64,000 nucleotides of DNA, taken from positions 62,001 to 126,000 of the forward strand of contig MCFH01000056.1 of NCBI GenBank assembly GCA_002104945.1, in the 5' to 3' direction. The position numbers and the translations under genes are program-made. This DNA comes from Piromyces finnis finn. Its lineage: Eukaryota > Fungi > Neocallimastigomycota. Within the stretch, counting starts at the first letter, position 1. Each line of letters begins with the position of its first letter. The notes under the pieces are model-generated. The model was not told where the DNA came from and searched no databases. It saw only the letters and a list, made by a program, of their open reading frames with translations. This document shows, piece by piece, positions 45,219 to 64,000 of this stretch.

Positions 45219-45749
45219 TTAGTAAACTATTGATAATTTACTGAATAAAGTTTTGGAATACTTTTGGTTTGTAGATTTATTTCTAATGATGATTTTAACT
45301 TCATTTTCAGATTCATAAATTGATGGATTGAAACGGAATTGATCTTCATAATCTTTAACGTTTAATTCATCAATGTTTATTTCAATATCGTTTATTGTGA
45401 TGCTTTCAAATTCATAATTTTTTAAAAATGTTTCCTTTGAAATGTCTTGTAATTCAAGAATAAAAATTGGTAATTTTCTTTGGCTAATAGTATTTGTTCC
45501 AGGTATGACTACTGGCATAGAATTTAACCATGAAAGTAATTTGATATCAAAATCTTTTAATTCTTCAATTTCATTGGTAGTTGGAGTTGAAATGATAGTT
45601 GAAGTTGGGATAATTGTAGTTTTTGTTTTTTTAGGGTTACAACGACCACGATTAGCTATAATCTTATCAATTGGTGCAGCTTGGACACCATTGAAAACAA
45701 AAGTAGCAATAATAAAAATAATAAAATAAAGATGAATAAATTGTTTCAT
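45219..45749 (-). CDS. Small secreted protein of unknown function (176 aa from MKQFIH)
   Basis: The likely start is Met49 of the listed ORF (45749). Signal peptide ends VQA-AP, followed by a Thr/Pro-rich linker and a globular C-part. Confidence 0.75.
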   Translation of the reverse strand: MKQFIHLYFIIFIIATFVFNGVQAAPIDKIIANRGRCNPKKTKTTIIPTSTIISTPTTNEIEELKDFDIKLLSWLNSMPVVIPGTNTISQRKLPIFILELQDISKETFLKNYEFESITINDIEINIDELNVKDYEDQFRFNPSIYESENEVKIIIRNKSTNQKYSKTLFSKLSIVY

Positions 45750-46162
45750 TTTTCCTTTCCTAAAGGTGTTGAAGTTTTTTTTTATTTGTACTTCTTCTTT
45801 TAAAAAAAGTTTATAACTTTTTTTTCTTTTTTGGTTAGTTTTATTTTTTTCTCTTTTGAATAAAAAAAAACTTCTTTTTATATTAATTTTCAAATTAGAA
45901 AAAAAAAAAAAATTTTTTAATTAAATTTTTGTGTGATTCATTTATATTAAAAAAAATTAATAAATTAAAATTTCCTTTTTTGATAATGAAATAAACTTTA
46001 ATTTTATTAATTTAAATTAAAAAATAAATTAAAATTAATATTATTCTTTTAAAAAAAAAAAAGAATTTTAATAATAAAAAAAAAGATTAAATAATAATAA
46101 AAATAAATAATAATACTAGTTATGATTTATTATTAAGTATTACTTTTTAATTAGTAACTTTA

Positions 46163-46204
<42 letters not shown>

Positions 46205-46375
46205 TTATTCATTAAACAAGTCATCGAGTCATGATTACTACTAATTCTTTTTTTTTTTTTAATACTACTAATAATTAATGAATGATTCATAAAAAAATAA
46301 AATTTTTTGAATGCCTCTGCGTATTATGAAAATATCAATTAAAAAAAATATAAAATAAATAGTACATTAAATACT

Positions 46376-47127
46376 TTATTATTTATTAAAATTAAAAGAA
46401 TAAATTAAAATTATGTCTTAGTATTTTTAAATATTATAGAATATTACTTATTTGATTTTCTTATTACTTCAAAATGTTTAAATTTAGAAAAATTATTATA
46501 AATTATCATTGACTATCATTAAATGTATAATACCTTGAATAAAATAATTAAAATTTAAAATTAAAATGAAATTAAAATATTAAAAGTATCAATTATTATA
46601 AACACTCATTTTATACAGAAACATAAAAGAGTTCTGTATTTTATCTTTGGAATTGTTATTATTGTTCTATTTCCAGGTTTTAAGTTTATCATTTTAGTAA
46701 TAATTACTCAATTAGTTATTTTCTTAATTTATAAGTTTAAGAGAATTTCTAAAGAACACTTGGATAAACACTAGAATTAATAATTTGATGTATATCATTT
46801 TATTTTTAGTTTATTTATTCATTTTTATTTATTTATTATTATTTTATTATTTTAGTACATTATTGGATTAAGTCGTTTTATTTTATTTAATAATTTATTT
46901 TATTTAATAATTTATTTTATTATTATCACTATTAGGTCGTTTTTACTCAGAATTTATTATATAATAAAGATAATATTATTTATTTAAAGAAAGGGTTATA
47001 TTTTCATAAAATTATTATTCATTCATCTTTAAGGGTTATTATTGTTTATTTTTATTATAAGTTACTATGGGTTAAGTCATGTTTATTCAGCTAGTTTTTA
47101 TCATATTTTTATGTGAGTAGCGTATCA
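46376..47127. mobile_element. Left-truncated second copy of the 28688-30711 element, ending 15 nt upstream of tRNA-iMet
   Basis: Colinear with 29941-30711 and has the same GTAGCGTATCA end. Confidence 0.85.
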
Positions 47128-47142
47128 CAAAATCTAACAGGA

Positions 47143-47214
47143 AGCAGCGTAGCGCAGTGGAAGCGTGGTGGGCTCATAACCCACAGGTCGTATGATCGAA
47201 ACATACCGCTGCTA
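47143..47214 (+). tRNA. tRNA-iMet(CAT): Initiator tRNA-Met (CAT), copy 1
   Basis: Perfect cloverleaf with A1:T72, three consecutive G:C pairs in the anticodon stem, and an A54 T-loop (GATCGAAA). A T-run follows. Confidence 0.97.
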
Positions 47215-47311
47215 ATATATTTTCATTTTTATTAATATAAAAAAAATAAAAATATATAATAATAATAATAATAATATTAAAACACAGATAGTTAAAAATT
47301 ATAAATGTAAA

Positions 47312-47342
<31 letters not shown>

Positions 47343-48636
47343 TAAATTAAATAGTTTATATTTGTTTATAATTATACTTAAATAATAATTTTGTATAAAT
47401 AGTGATAGAATTACTTTATTTTAAAAGATGTTCCTAATAATCCATAAAAATTAGATATAGTTATATTAAATTTATATATTATGGTTACTAATTATCCAAG
47501 AGAGAAAAATTAGATATTTATACTTAATAAAACAATATTTATTTTACAACATTTATAATACATACTAGATGTATTAAATTTTAATTATTTAATAATACTA
47601 GAGTTATTAAATAATATGATAATATAATAATTTTATAATTAAATAAAATAACATTTTATATTAAAAACTAACACTTGCAAATGAACAAGTATAAAAATCA
47701 TTTATTCTATTTTTATTTTCCTTATTTTTATTTATAAATTTTTAGATACAGATATTATCACTTTCTATAGTAAAATATAGAATTAAGATAATATTTTTCT
47801 TCGTATCAAATGATATAATTTGATAATAATCTTAATTTTGAATTTTACTTCAAAAAGTGATTATTATATTATATCTTTTGTTATAACTATATAAGTTATA
47901 TTGATTAAGATTTAAGATCGTTTTTATAAAAATTAATAAAATTGTTTTGTTAAAACACTAAATTGTTTTATTAGAAACACTTGTTTTTCTAATATTTAAA
48001 TATTTAAAATTTTATTTATTTAAGTATAAAAGTGATTATTAAAATTATAAAATATTAATCTAACTATATAATATTTCTTTATTAATAATAATAATAATGA
48101 TTAAAATGAGAATATTTACATGTATTTATATTTTCTTTTAGATTTAAACTATTTACATTAAAACAATAAAATTAATAACTATTTACAATAAAAGTAATAA
48201 AAGTAATTAGAAATAACAATAAAAGAAATAATTAAAAGTTAAAGAATATAAAAAGTTGTTTATTTTACAATTAATTAAAGTAATAATTATTTTTAATGTT
48301 TTAATAAAGGTGTTTAATTATATTATTTTATAACATGAATTATTATATTTGTTTACTTTTAAAGTGTAATTTACTAACGAAAGTTATTAAATATTTAATT
48401 TAACAATTAATTTAACAAGAGTTATATATTTTGATCTCGATTAATTAAAGTTTATTATTTTCTTTCAATAATCAAAATATATGCAGTGTTTAGGATTAAT
48501 TTTATTTAAGAATTTTGGTAAAGTACTTAATTAAACTATAACTTGTTTTAAGTTACTTTTAGGGTTAACTTAAAAATCAGGTTTAATAATAATTTTATAT
48601 TTATTAATTTCATTATTTCTCAAAATTTTAATGAAA

Positions 48637-48708
48637 AGCAGCGTAGCGCAGTGGAAGCGTGGTGGGCTCATAACCCACAGGTCGTATGATCGAAACATAC
48701 CGCTGCTA
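48637..48708 (+). tRNA. tRNA-iMet(CAT): Initiator tRNA-Met (CAT), copy 2
   Basis: Identical to copy 1, with homologous short flanks. Confidence 0.97.
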
Positions 48709-49118
48709 AAATATTTTCATTTTTATTAATATAAAAAAAGCCATTAAAATAGCATAGTAATTAGTTAAAATTATATAATCTAATATTTAAAATGTATGAT
48801 AGTTTTTATTTTAAAATTATTAATATTTTTATTGTAATAATTAAAAAAAAAAAAAAATTCAAATTAAAAAATAATAATATCTATAGTTGTTATTTGTTTT
48901 ATACAAATCTTTAAAATATTCTAAATATATATATGCGTATATTTTAGGTGATTATTTATTTATGAATGGAAAATTGAAAATTGCTATGATGAGATTCTTA
49001 TAGTATTAAAATGTTTTTTTTTTTTTTTTCATTTTTTTCTATTATCATTAGATAACTTGATAATTAATATTTTAAATAAACTATTTAAAAAATAAAGTAG
49101 TATTTCATATAAAATTTT

Positions 49119-56470
<7,352 letters not shown>

Positions 56471-56976
56471 ACAGTCCTTTTTTTTTTTTTTTATCAATAT
56501 ATAAATAGGTATATAGATATAAATAAAATTATAAATGATAATAGTGGGAAAAAAAAATTTAAAAATGACTTTTTAGGGGAAAATATATAAAAAGATAGAT
56601 ATAGATAGGATAGTTATATTTTTTATTTTATTCAAAACTATTTCAATTTACCTCATTTCTTTTAATTCTTTATAAAAAAAAAGTTATTTAATTAAATAAT
56701 TAATAAACATTTGATATCCTATAACATTTAATTAATTATAATAAAATAGGTCACTTTAATATCTTTTATTAATTCTATATATATATATTTATTTCTTTTA
56801 TTATTATGACTACACAATAAACTTTTTTTTTTTAAAGTTTTCAGGAAATTTTTTTTTTTTTTATATTTAAAATTATATATAAAATAAAATAAAAAATTTC
56901 TTAAAAAGTAAATGTATTTTATTTTTTTTTTTTTTTTAATTTTTATTTTATTTTCGTATTTTATAAAATTATAAAG

Positions 56977-56977
<1 letters not shown>

Positions 56978-57046
<69 letters not shown>

Positions 57047-57051
57047 TATTA

Positions 57052-57147
<96 letters not shown>

Positions 57148-57171
57148 ATTCTTTTATTTTATTTTATTATA

Positions 57172-57228
<57 letters not shown>
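56978..57228. repeat. Interrupted (ATT)n microsatellite upstream of the receptor-like gene
   Basis: Direct inspection. Confidence 0.93.
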
Positions 57229-57974
57229 TAAAGGTGAGAGTGGAAATGATTTTTTTTTTATTTAATAAAATTAAATAAAATATTTTAGTATTTCCAAGAT
57301 AACAATAAAAAAGAAAAAACTATATATCCATGTCAAAAAAATTTAAAGTTATTACGATTTTTATTATTCATTAAAAATATATATATATATATAATAAAAA
57401 ATAAAAAAAAAAAAAAAGAGTATGCTAGGTTAGATGTAAAATCGTTAAAAAAACTCCGAAAATTTACAAATTCATTATTGATAGTTGTATCCAAATGGAT
57501 ACAATGTCAATGATAAATTTAATTATATATAAAAGTTTTTTTTTTTTTTTTGACATGAATTATCAATTATCTAATAAAAAATAAAAAAAATTTAAAAGTG
57601 TTCCGTTTTATTATTTTCCTTTCTGTAGTTTTTTCGAAGGATAAAAAAAAAAATTCTCCTTTTTAGGATTATTATTATTAATTTAATAGTTCTCCCTATA
57701 TAAAATAAATTTAAAATATTAAAAGAAGAAATATATATATATTATATATATATATATTTAAATTATCTTTTTAATTTTATTTAATAAGGTGAGATAAATA
57801 ATAAGATTTAAAAAAAAAAATCTAATTTTACTACACCACTCGATCCTTTAATTCATTTTAAGTTTATAAAAAAATTTTTTTATTTAAAGACAGCAAAAAT
57901 TTTTTTTAAAACTATTTAATATTTTAATTGATACTTTATAAATATTAAAAAATAAATTTAAATATAAATGCCAA

Positions 57975-58098
57975 AAAAAAAAAAAGTTGAGGTGGGAAGG
58001 CGGAATATAATGTTTTCTAGGTCATTTTTGAATGACAAAAAAAAAGTTGAGGGGGGGAGGCGGAATATAATGTTTTTTAGGTCATTTCTGAATGGCAA
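57975..58098. repeat. Imperfect tandem duplication of a ~58-bp unit (A-run, GTTGAGG.GGGA.GGCGGAATATAATG...AGGTCATT..GAATG.C)
   Basis: Two adjacent units with a few substitutions. Confidence 0.85.
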
Positions 58099-60771
58099 AA
58101 AAAAAAAAAAATCCCAATTATGCTAGAATATTAAGAATTGTAGGTTGATTTCCAATAATGGGGCTCAACCTTAAATATTGTCAAAAGGGAACAAAATTAG
58201 GATTTTTCTAGGTTACACCTAGCTTTTTTTTTTTTCCAACACATACACTTTTGATTATTACTTTAAATATTTTTGAACATTAATCATTGTTAGCTAATAA
58301 CCAAAAAGTAGGGTTATAATTAAAAGTTCTGCTAATGATCATTAAAATTGAAGATCTTTTTGTGGTTTAATTTGCCAATTTTCAAAAAAGTTTTTTTTTT
58401 TTTCATTCCTTTGAATTATCCTTAGTATTAAAAACTTCATTCTCCCTTCTTCTTCCAACAAGAAGAAACCTAATCTATATTCTTGACATAAATGCTAGAA
58501 TAATTATACATATTAATATATTCATTGAATTATTTAGAATTATCATTAACTAAATCTTTAAATTATAAAAATTATTTAAATTTTAAGGAATTAATCATTG
58601 TGACCTTTAAAAATTTGGAGATCCTTTACAAAAAAGTTTTTTTTTTTTTTTTCATTTCTTTTGAATTATCAATAATATTATTGTTAAAATCTTTTTTTTT
58701 CCTTTTTTTCCAAGAAGGAATTTCTACACACTTGAAATAATTATAAAAAAAAGTATTCATATTCTAAATTACTATTATTTTAAATAAGATAATTTTTTTT
58801 AAATTAATTATTATTATTATTATTATTATCACTATTATTTAGCAAATGTTACCATGATTTTATTCCTAATATCGTTACTATCATCATCATTATTATCGTT
58901 GATGGAACTTTTTTGAATGACTTTTTACCATGATAATTGAATATTTTAATTATTTTTAATTCTATTTAACTATTATAATTACCTGTTATATGTTTTTTTT
59001 TTTTTTTTACATAAAAAAATTATAAATTTAAAAATGTTTTCTCCTCCCTTTCTTATACATGGATATTATTAGAAAAAAAAAATTTTTTTTTTAATCGTTT
59101 AATTTAACCAAGGTTAGCCCTGTTAATCTTTTTTTTTTTCTTTACATATATTAATGATAATAAATTATTCCTCTCTTCCTTTCTATACAACTAATGACTC
59201 ACATTTCCATTTATTTATTAATAATTCTACTATTTAGTAGAAGAAGAAATGTATTCCATTTTAAAAATTTCAAGGGTTGAACAACTTTTATTTCATCAAG
59301 GCTTACACACACAAACATACACATAAAATACTTATAAACCAATGATAATCTAAAGGATGGATTTAATTACATAGTTTTATTTTTTTTCCCTTTTTTTTTT
59401 TTTTTTTTGATATATTAAATTTTTACAAAGTATTAATCTTCTTTTTTTTTTTTTTTTTTTTTTTAAATATTATTTTTTTTTAATTAGGAAAGATAACTTT
59501 TTTTTTTTTACAAGATAGAGTTTTTTTTTTTGTTATAGAATATTAAAAGAATAATTTAATCCTTTTGATTCCTTTTTTTTTTCTTTAATAGGATAGATAG
59601 TAGTGGGATGAATTAAATGAATAAATTATGTTTTTTTTTTCTTTTTTAATAAATAATTATGGATTTTTTTTTTTTTTTTTTTTTGTAAAGAATAATTATA
59701 ATTAAAATTGATTTTTTTTTTTTGTTGTTGTTTTTCTTTTTTTTTTTTTTTTTATATATATATTTCTAGAATTATATTTTCATTGTTACCAATCAATAAT
59801 TTATTCTATATTTTTCTTTTTTCTTTTTTAAAAATCGATAGTCATTTATTTTTTGTTTTTATCGATAACAATATTGGTGTTTAAAAAAAAATAAATAATT
59901 AGATTTTCTTTGTTGTTATTATTTTGATCAAAACTTTTTTTTTTTTTTGAATGCTTAAAGAAATGGTTATTGAGTTTTGGTATGATTTCTTTTGGTATCT
60001 TTTAAACTTTTTTTTTTTTTAAAAAATTACGATATTTCTATTTTGTTTTTTTTGGTTACATATACATTGATTATTGGTATCGTTGTCTTCATTGGCTTTT
60101 TTGACTTTACCTTTTTTTTTCATCCATGATGACAATAGCATTAAATTTTATTAACCTAGTTAACCTTTTTTTTATTTTACAATCATTAATTATTTAATGA
60201 CAATGTTTTTTTTTAACTTAATTTAAAAAAGATAATTTTCAAAAGTTTAGGATAAAATAAAAAATATATAAAAGGGTTTTTTCTTTTTTAATATTCTATT
60301 CTTTTATTTTTTTATCTTTAAATTTTTTTGTAATGACAATTTATAATAAATTAAAATGGGGGTATTTGTCATTACTTTTTTTTAAAATTATTATGGTTTC
60401 TTTTAATTTAAATAGCAAGTATCTTTCTAAAAAATTATAAAAAAAAAAAAGTAATAATAATCCTTTTTTTTTTTTTTTTACTATTACTATTTTTTTTTTA
60501 AAAAAAAAAACTAATTATAATATCTAAAGGGTTTTTTTTATAGGGAATATATAAGATTTTTTTTCCCTAAAACTAATTTATATATAATAGATTAAAACAT
60601 TTTTTTTGTAAAAAATATATCAGAAAAAAATATTAAAAAAATTTTTGTTTATACATAGAGGTTGAAAAAAAAATAAATTAAATATTTTGTTTTTTTTGTA
60701 GAAAAAAAAAAAAAGGGAGGGATAAGGGGTGGGGTATAGTATTATTTTCATAAAGTTATTTTAAAATAACT

Positions 60772-62055
60772 CTAGCGTAAATAAACTAAATAGAGGTAGA
60801 CGGTAGCCATGGAAATAGAAAGAACCATCATTGGGAAGGCTTCAACAAAGAATTTCTTAAAGGAAATCTTGTGACCTTGTTTTTTGGATAATCCAACAGC
60901 AATTACATTTGCACTAGCACCAACAATGGTACCGTTACCACCTAAGCAGGCACCCAAAGATAAAGCCCACCATAATGGAGTTAAATTCATGTGAGAAGCT
61001 TTACCGATTTCCTGAATTAATGGTATCATAGTGGTAACGAATGGAATATTATCGATAAAGGCAGAGGCGAAAGCAGAGACCCATAAAATAGAAAAGGTAG
61101 TTAATACTAAATTACCATTTGTAATATCCAAAACAAAATGAGCCAATTTATCGATAGCACCAACAACCTTTAAACCACCAACTAAGATGAATAATCCAAC
61201 AAAGAAGAGGATGGTACCCCATTCGACTTCACTTAAAATTTCCTCAATATTTTCGTTAGAGATAAGTAAGAGTACGGCGGCACCAGTTAAAGCAATAGTG
61301 GCAGATTCAAAACCAAGTACACCGTGTAAGATGAAAGCGATAAAGACTAAAGCAATGACGGCTAAACTTTTCCATAAAAGGGCCTTATTTTTAATCATTA
61401 ATTTTTCATCCTTTTCCATAATTCTTTCCTTTAATTCCTTGACGGTCTTAAGGTGTTTCTTGTAACGAAGAGTGTAAATGGAGATAGAAACAAGAAGAAT
61501 TAATAATACAATACCACCATTATTGATAATGAAGTCCATAAAAGTGAACTTAACAGCACTACCGATCATAATGTTTGGTGGGTCACCAATAAGAGTAGCA
61601 GTACCACCAACATTAGAAGCGAAAACTTCAGCGATAACAATGTATATTGGGTTAATCATTAATTCATCACAAATATTCAAAGTAATTGGAATGATTAACA
61701 TAATGGTAGTAACATTATCTAATAAAGCGGAAAAGATACCAGTAGTCAATGATAAATAAATCATAATTTTTTTTGGACTACCCTTGGCAATCTTTACCAG
61801 TTTTATAGCAACATATTCAAAAATACCACTTCTCTTGGTGATAAGTACTAATATCATCATACCTACTAATAAACCAAGAGTATTGAAATCAACTTCTTCC
61901 ACTGCTACTTCTTGGTTGACAATCTTTAATAAGATCATTAAACAGGCACCACTTAAGGCGACAACTGTTCTATCAAATGTTTCCAATACAATGAAAACAT
62001 AGGTTAATACAAATATCGCAATTGCTAAAATTAATGAAACTGTTTCGTTGAACAT
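60772..62055 (-). CDS. ArsB/NhaD (ion transporter superfamily, P-permease/SLC13-like) membrane permease, bacterial-sized and intronless
   Basis: 427 aa with about 11-12 hydrophobic helices. Family motifs DFNTLGLLVGMM, SALLDNVTT, ASNVGGTATLIGDPPNIMI, SAFIDNIPF and GACLGGNGTIVGASANV. Confidence 0.95.
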   Translation of the reverse strand: MFNETVSLILAIAIFVLTYVFIVLETFDRTVVALSGACLMILLKIVNQEVAVEEVDFNTLGLLVGMMILVLITKRSGIFEYVAIKLVKIAKGSPKKIMIYLSLTTGIFSALLDNVTTIMLIIPITLNICDELMINPIYIVIAEVFASNVGGTATLIGDPPNIMIGSAVKFTFMDFIINNGGIVLLILLVSISIYTLRYKKHLKTVKELKERIMEKDEKLMIKNKALLWKSLAVIALVFIAFILHGVLGFESATIALTGAAVLLLISNENIEEILSEVEWGTILFFVGLFILVGGLKVVGAIDKLAHFVLDITNGNLVLTTFSILWVSAFASAFIDNIPFVTTMIPLIQEIGKASHMNLTPLWWALSLGACLGGNGTIVGASANVIAVGLSKKQGHKISFKKFFVEAFPMMVLSISMATVYLYLVYLR

Positions 62056-62601
62056 TTTTATTGTTTTTTTTTTTTTTTTTTTTACTTTTTAAAAACTATA
62101 TATAATTTTTTTTGATGATATATATTATTTTTTGACTATATAATTTTTTTTTGATTTCAGAGTGACTGACAAATTTAGGTATATTACACTAAAATTACTA
62201 AATTGTTTATACTATATTTTTTTTTAAAATTACTATATAAGATTCGTTTGGTTGGTTCTTTTAACCTAGTTTTTTTTTATCTTTTCTTTAAGCGTGTTTT
62301 TTTTTTATATTCACAAATTGAATTATTTTTTGTTGTTGTTGTTATTTTTATTAAAATTGTTTTTTTTTTAATAATCTAATTATTATTATTTTTTGATTTT
62401 GATTTGGGATTGATTGAAATTGGGTTGTTGTTTTTTTTTTTTGTAAATAATTATTACAAAAAAAAAAATTTTTTTAATTATAATTAGACTTTTTTTTTTA
62501 AAAATGATGTCAATTTTTTAAAAAATTGAAAATTTTATGCTTCTTTTATACTAAAAAAATTTTTATTTTAAAATTTTTGTTATCAAATATTATGAAATAT
62601 T

Positions 62602-62613
62602 TTGATTGGTGGT
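62602..62613 (-). promoter_or_regulatory. Putative CCAAT box about 550 bp upstream of the permease
   Basis: TTGATTGGTGGT is identical to 40417-40428. Confidence 0.4.
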
Positions 62614-64000
62614 GTAACTGCCATTATGAAATAAACAAAAAAAAATTTTAAAAATGTCAAAAAGTTAAAACTGCCATTTTGTCATTGCTATTGTGTGTGT
62701 GTGTGTGAAAAGGGGATCGACACCTTTTATGTTGTTTTAAAAAGTTTATTTGAAACAAAAGAATCTTTCGATTTATCTAAAAAAAAAAAAGTTCAATGAT
62801 GGATGATGCCATTTTTTAAGGAAGAATGAACCTTAAATGGAATTGATGGTGCAATAAATAAAAGAATAAAAAAAAAAAAAAACGCTAGACTATTTTATTA
62901 ATTCATAAGTTGTAATCTCGTGTGGATTATGCCTATTTTGTCTATTTTGCCTTAGGAAACCTTTTTAAAAAAGGCCATCCTTTATCAATGTATACATTAT
63001 TGTATTAATGTATACAATTTAAAATTTAAAAATAACATCATTTTAATTAAAAATGGTGTCAATGTTTAGGCCTTGATTAAAACTATAAATATCATCCATA
63101 ATATATTATAATTGATTCTATTTATATTATTTCATTTATTATTTCATATATTCAATCTATTTTTTTTTACTTGAAAAAATGTTTATTTTTAAAAGAAAAA
63201 AATAAACAACATCCACTGCTTGCTGTCATCCATGCCATAGTCCTTTTCCACAAAAATAATTCGTCATTTTTTTTTTTTTTTTGCATCGGAGAATGAAAAC
63301 TTTATCATTCTTAAAAAATTTTATTCCTTTTTTTTATAAAAAAATTTTTCATTTTTTATGCCTTTTTTTGATAAAGCAAATGAATGGTGTCACATCATTA
63401 TCAACCTATGAGAAAAGCAATTAAAAACATGTTTCAGTTGTTAATAAAATAGTGTTGGATAGAATTTAATATATGGAATAATATATGATGTAATATAATA
63501 TAAATATAATTTAATATAAGAAGAAATTAATTATAAAATATTAATACTATATTATTAATAAATCATTTATATTGATTTATATTAATTTATATAGGGAATA
63601 AAAAATTAATAAATAAAATAAATGATATCATAAAAAAAAGTAATAAATAAAATTGGAATAAATTAATGAATAATAATTTATGAATAAATTAAATAATATA
63701 TGATGAAATAAATAAAATAAATGATAAAATTGACATTTGAAAAGTTTTTTTTTTTAATAAATAAAAAGATAAAATAAATAATTAAATCATAAAATATAAT
63801 AATAAAATATATAATAATAAATAAAATAATAATAAAATAAAATATAATTAAATTAAATCATAAAATAAAATATATTTATAATAAAATAAAATAGTTTATT
63901 AAAAAAAATCAATTTAAACTAAAATGTCAAACTTTTATTATGACTAATAATTAATAATAATTATTAATAATAAAATTTATTAGGAATAAAAAGAATTTTC

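Noticed and set aside
45750-45893. First 48 codons of ORF 45219-45893
   Set aside because: K/F-rich UTR-like sequence with a non-ATG start; the signal peptide begins at Met49.
60772-62055. Bacterial contamination or chimeric contig as the explanation of the permease
   Set aside because: No operon, Shine-Dalgarno or bacterial neighbours are present, and both flanks are host-type homopolymer-rich DNA. Read-level confirmation is still advisable.

Overview
Extremely AT-rich eukaryotic DNA with GT-AG introns and long poly-A/T and (AAT)n tracts. This is most consistent with an anaerobic gut fungus (Neocallimastigomycota); the assignment is inferred from composition and gene types. Bases 600-36.6 kb are a transposon stack whose boundaries I resolved by target-site duplications (TSDs). 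It holds a young Ty3/gypsy chromovirus (E1, 600-6560) and a decayed Ty1/copia element stretched to 26.7 kb (9124-35824). Nested in the copia are three more gypsy elements (EB 13953-20087, E2 22000-28668, E3 28678-34946), three solo LTRs, a long inverted-repeat element carrying a 90-bp palindromic array, and a 2-kb TG...CA insertion. A poly-A SINE-like family with a tRNA-like head occurs four times, and there is a LINE RT remnant. The right half holds two secreted-protein genes, two tandem initiator tRNA-Met genes, a multi-exon beta-helix/EGF/multi-TM (GPCR-like) gene, and an intronless bacterial-type ArsB/NhaD permease (probable horizontal transfer). Four signals stand out. (1) E1 and E3 LTRs carry a tRNA-like Pol III A/B-box cassette with a compensatory hairpin. 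(2) One element family has inserted 15 nt upstream of a real tRNA gene and 16 nt upstream of that LTR-borne cassette. (3) Three gypsy families have Tf1-type self-priming sites, with a TATA box at a constant distance. (4) All four gypsy elements have a stem-loop just before the PPT. All coordinates and alignments were read by eye; no searches or folding programs were run.
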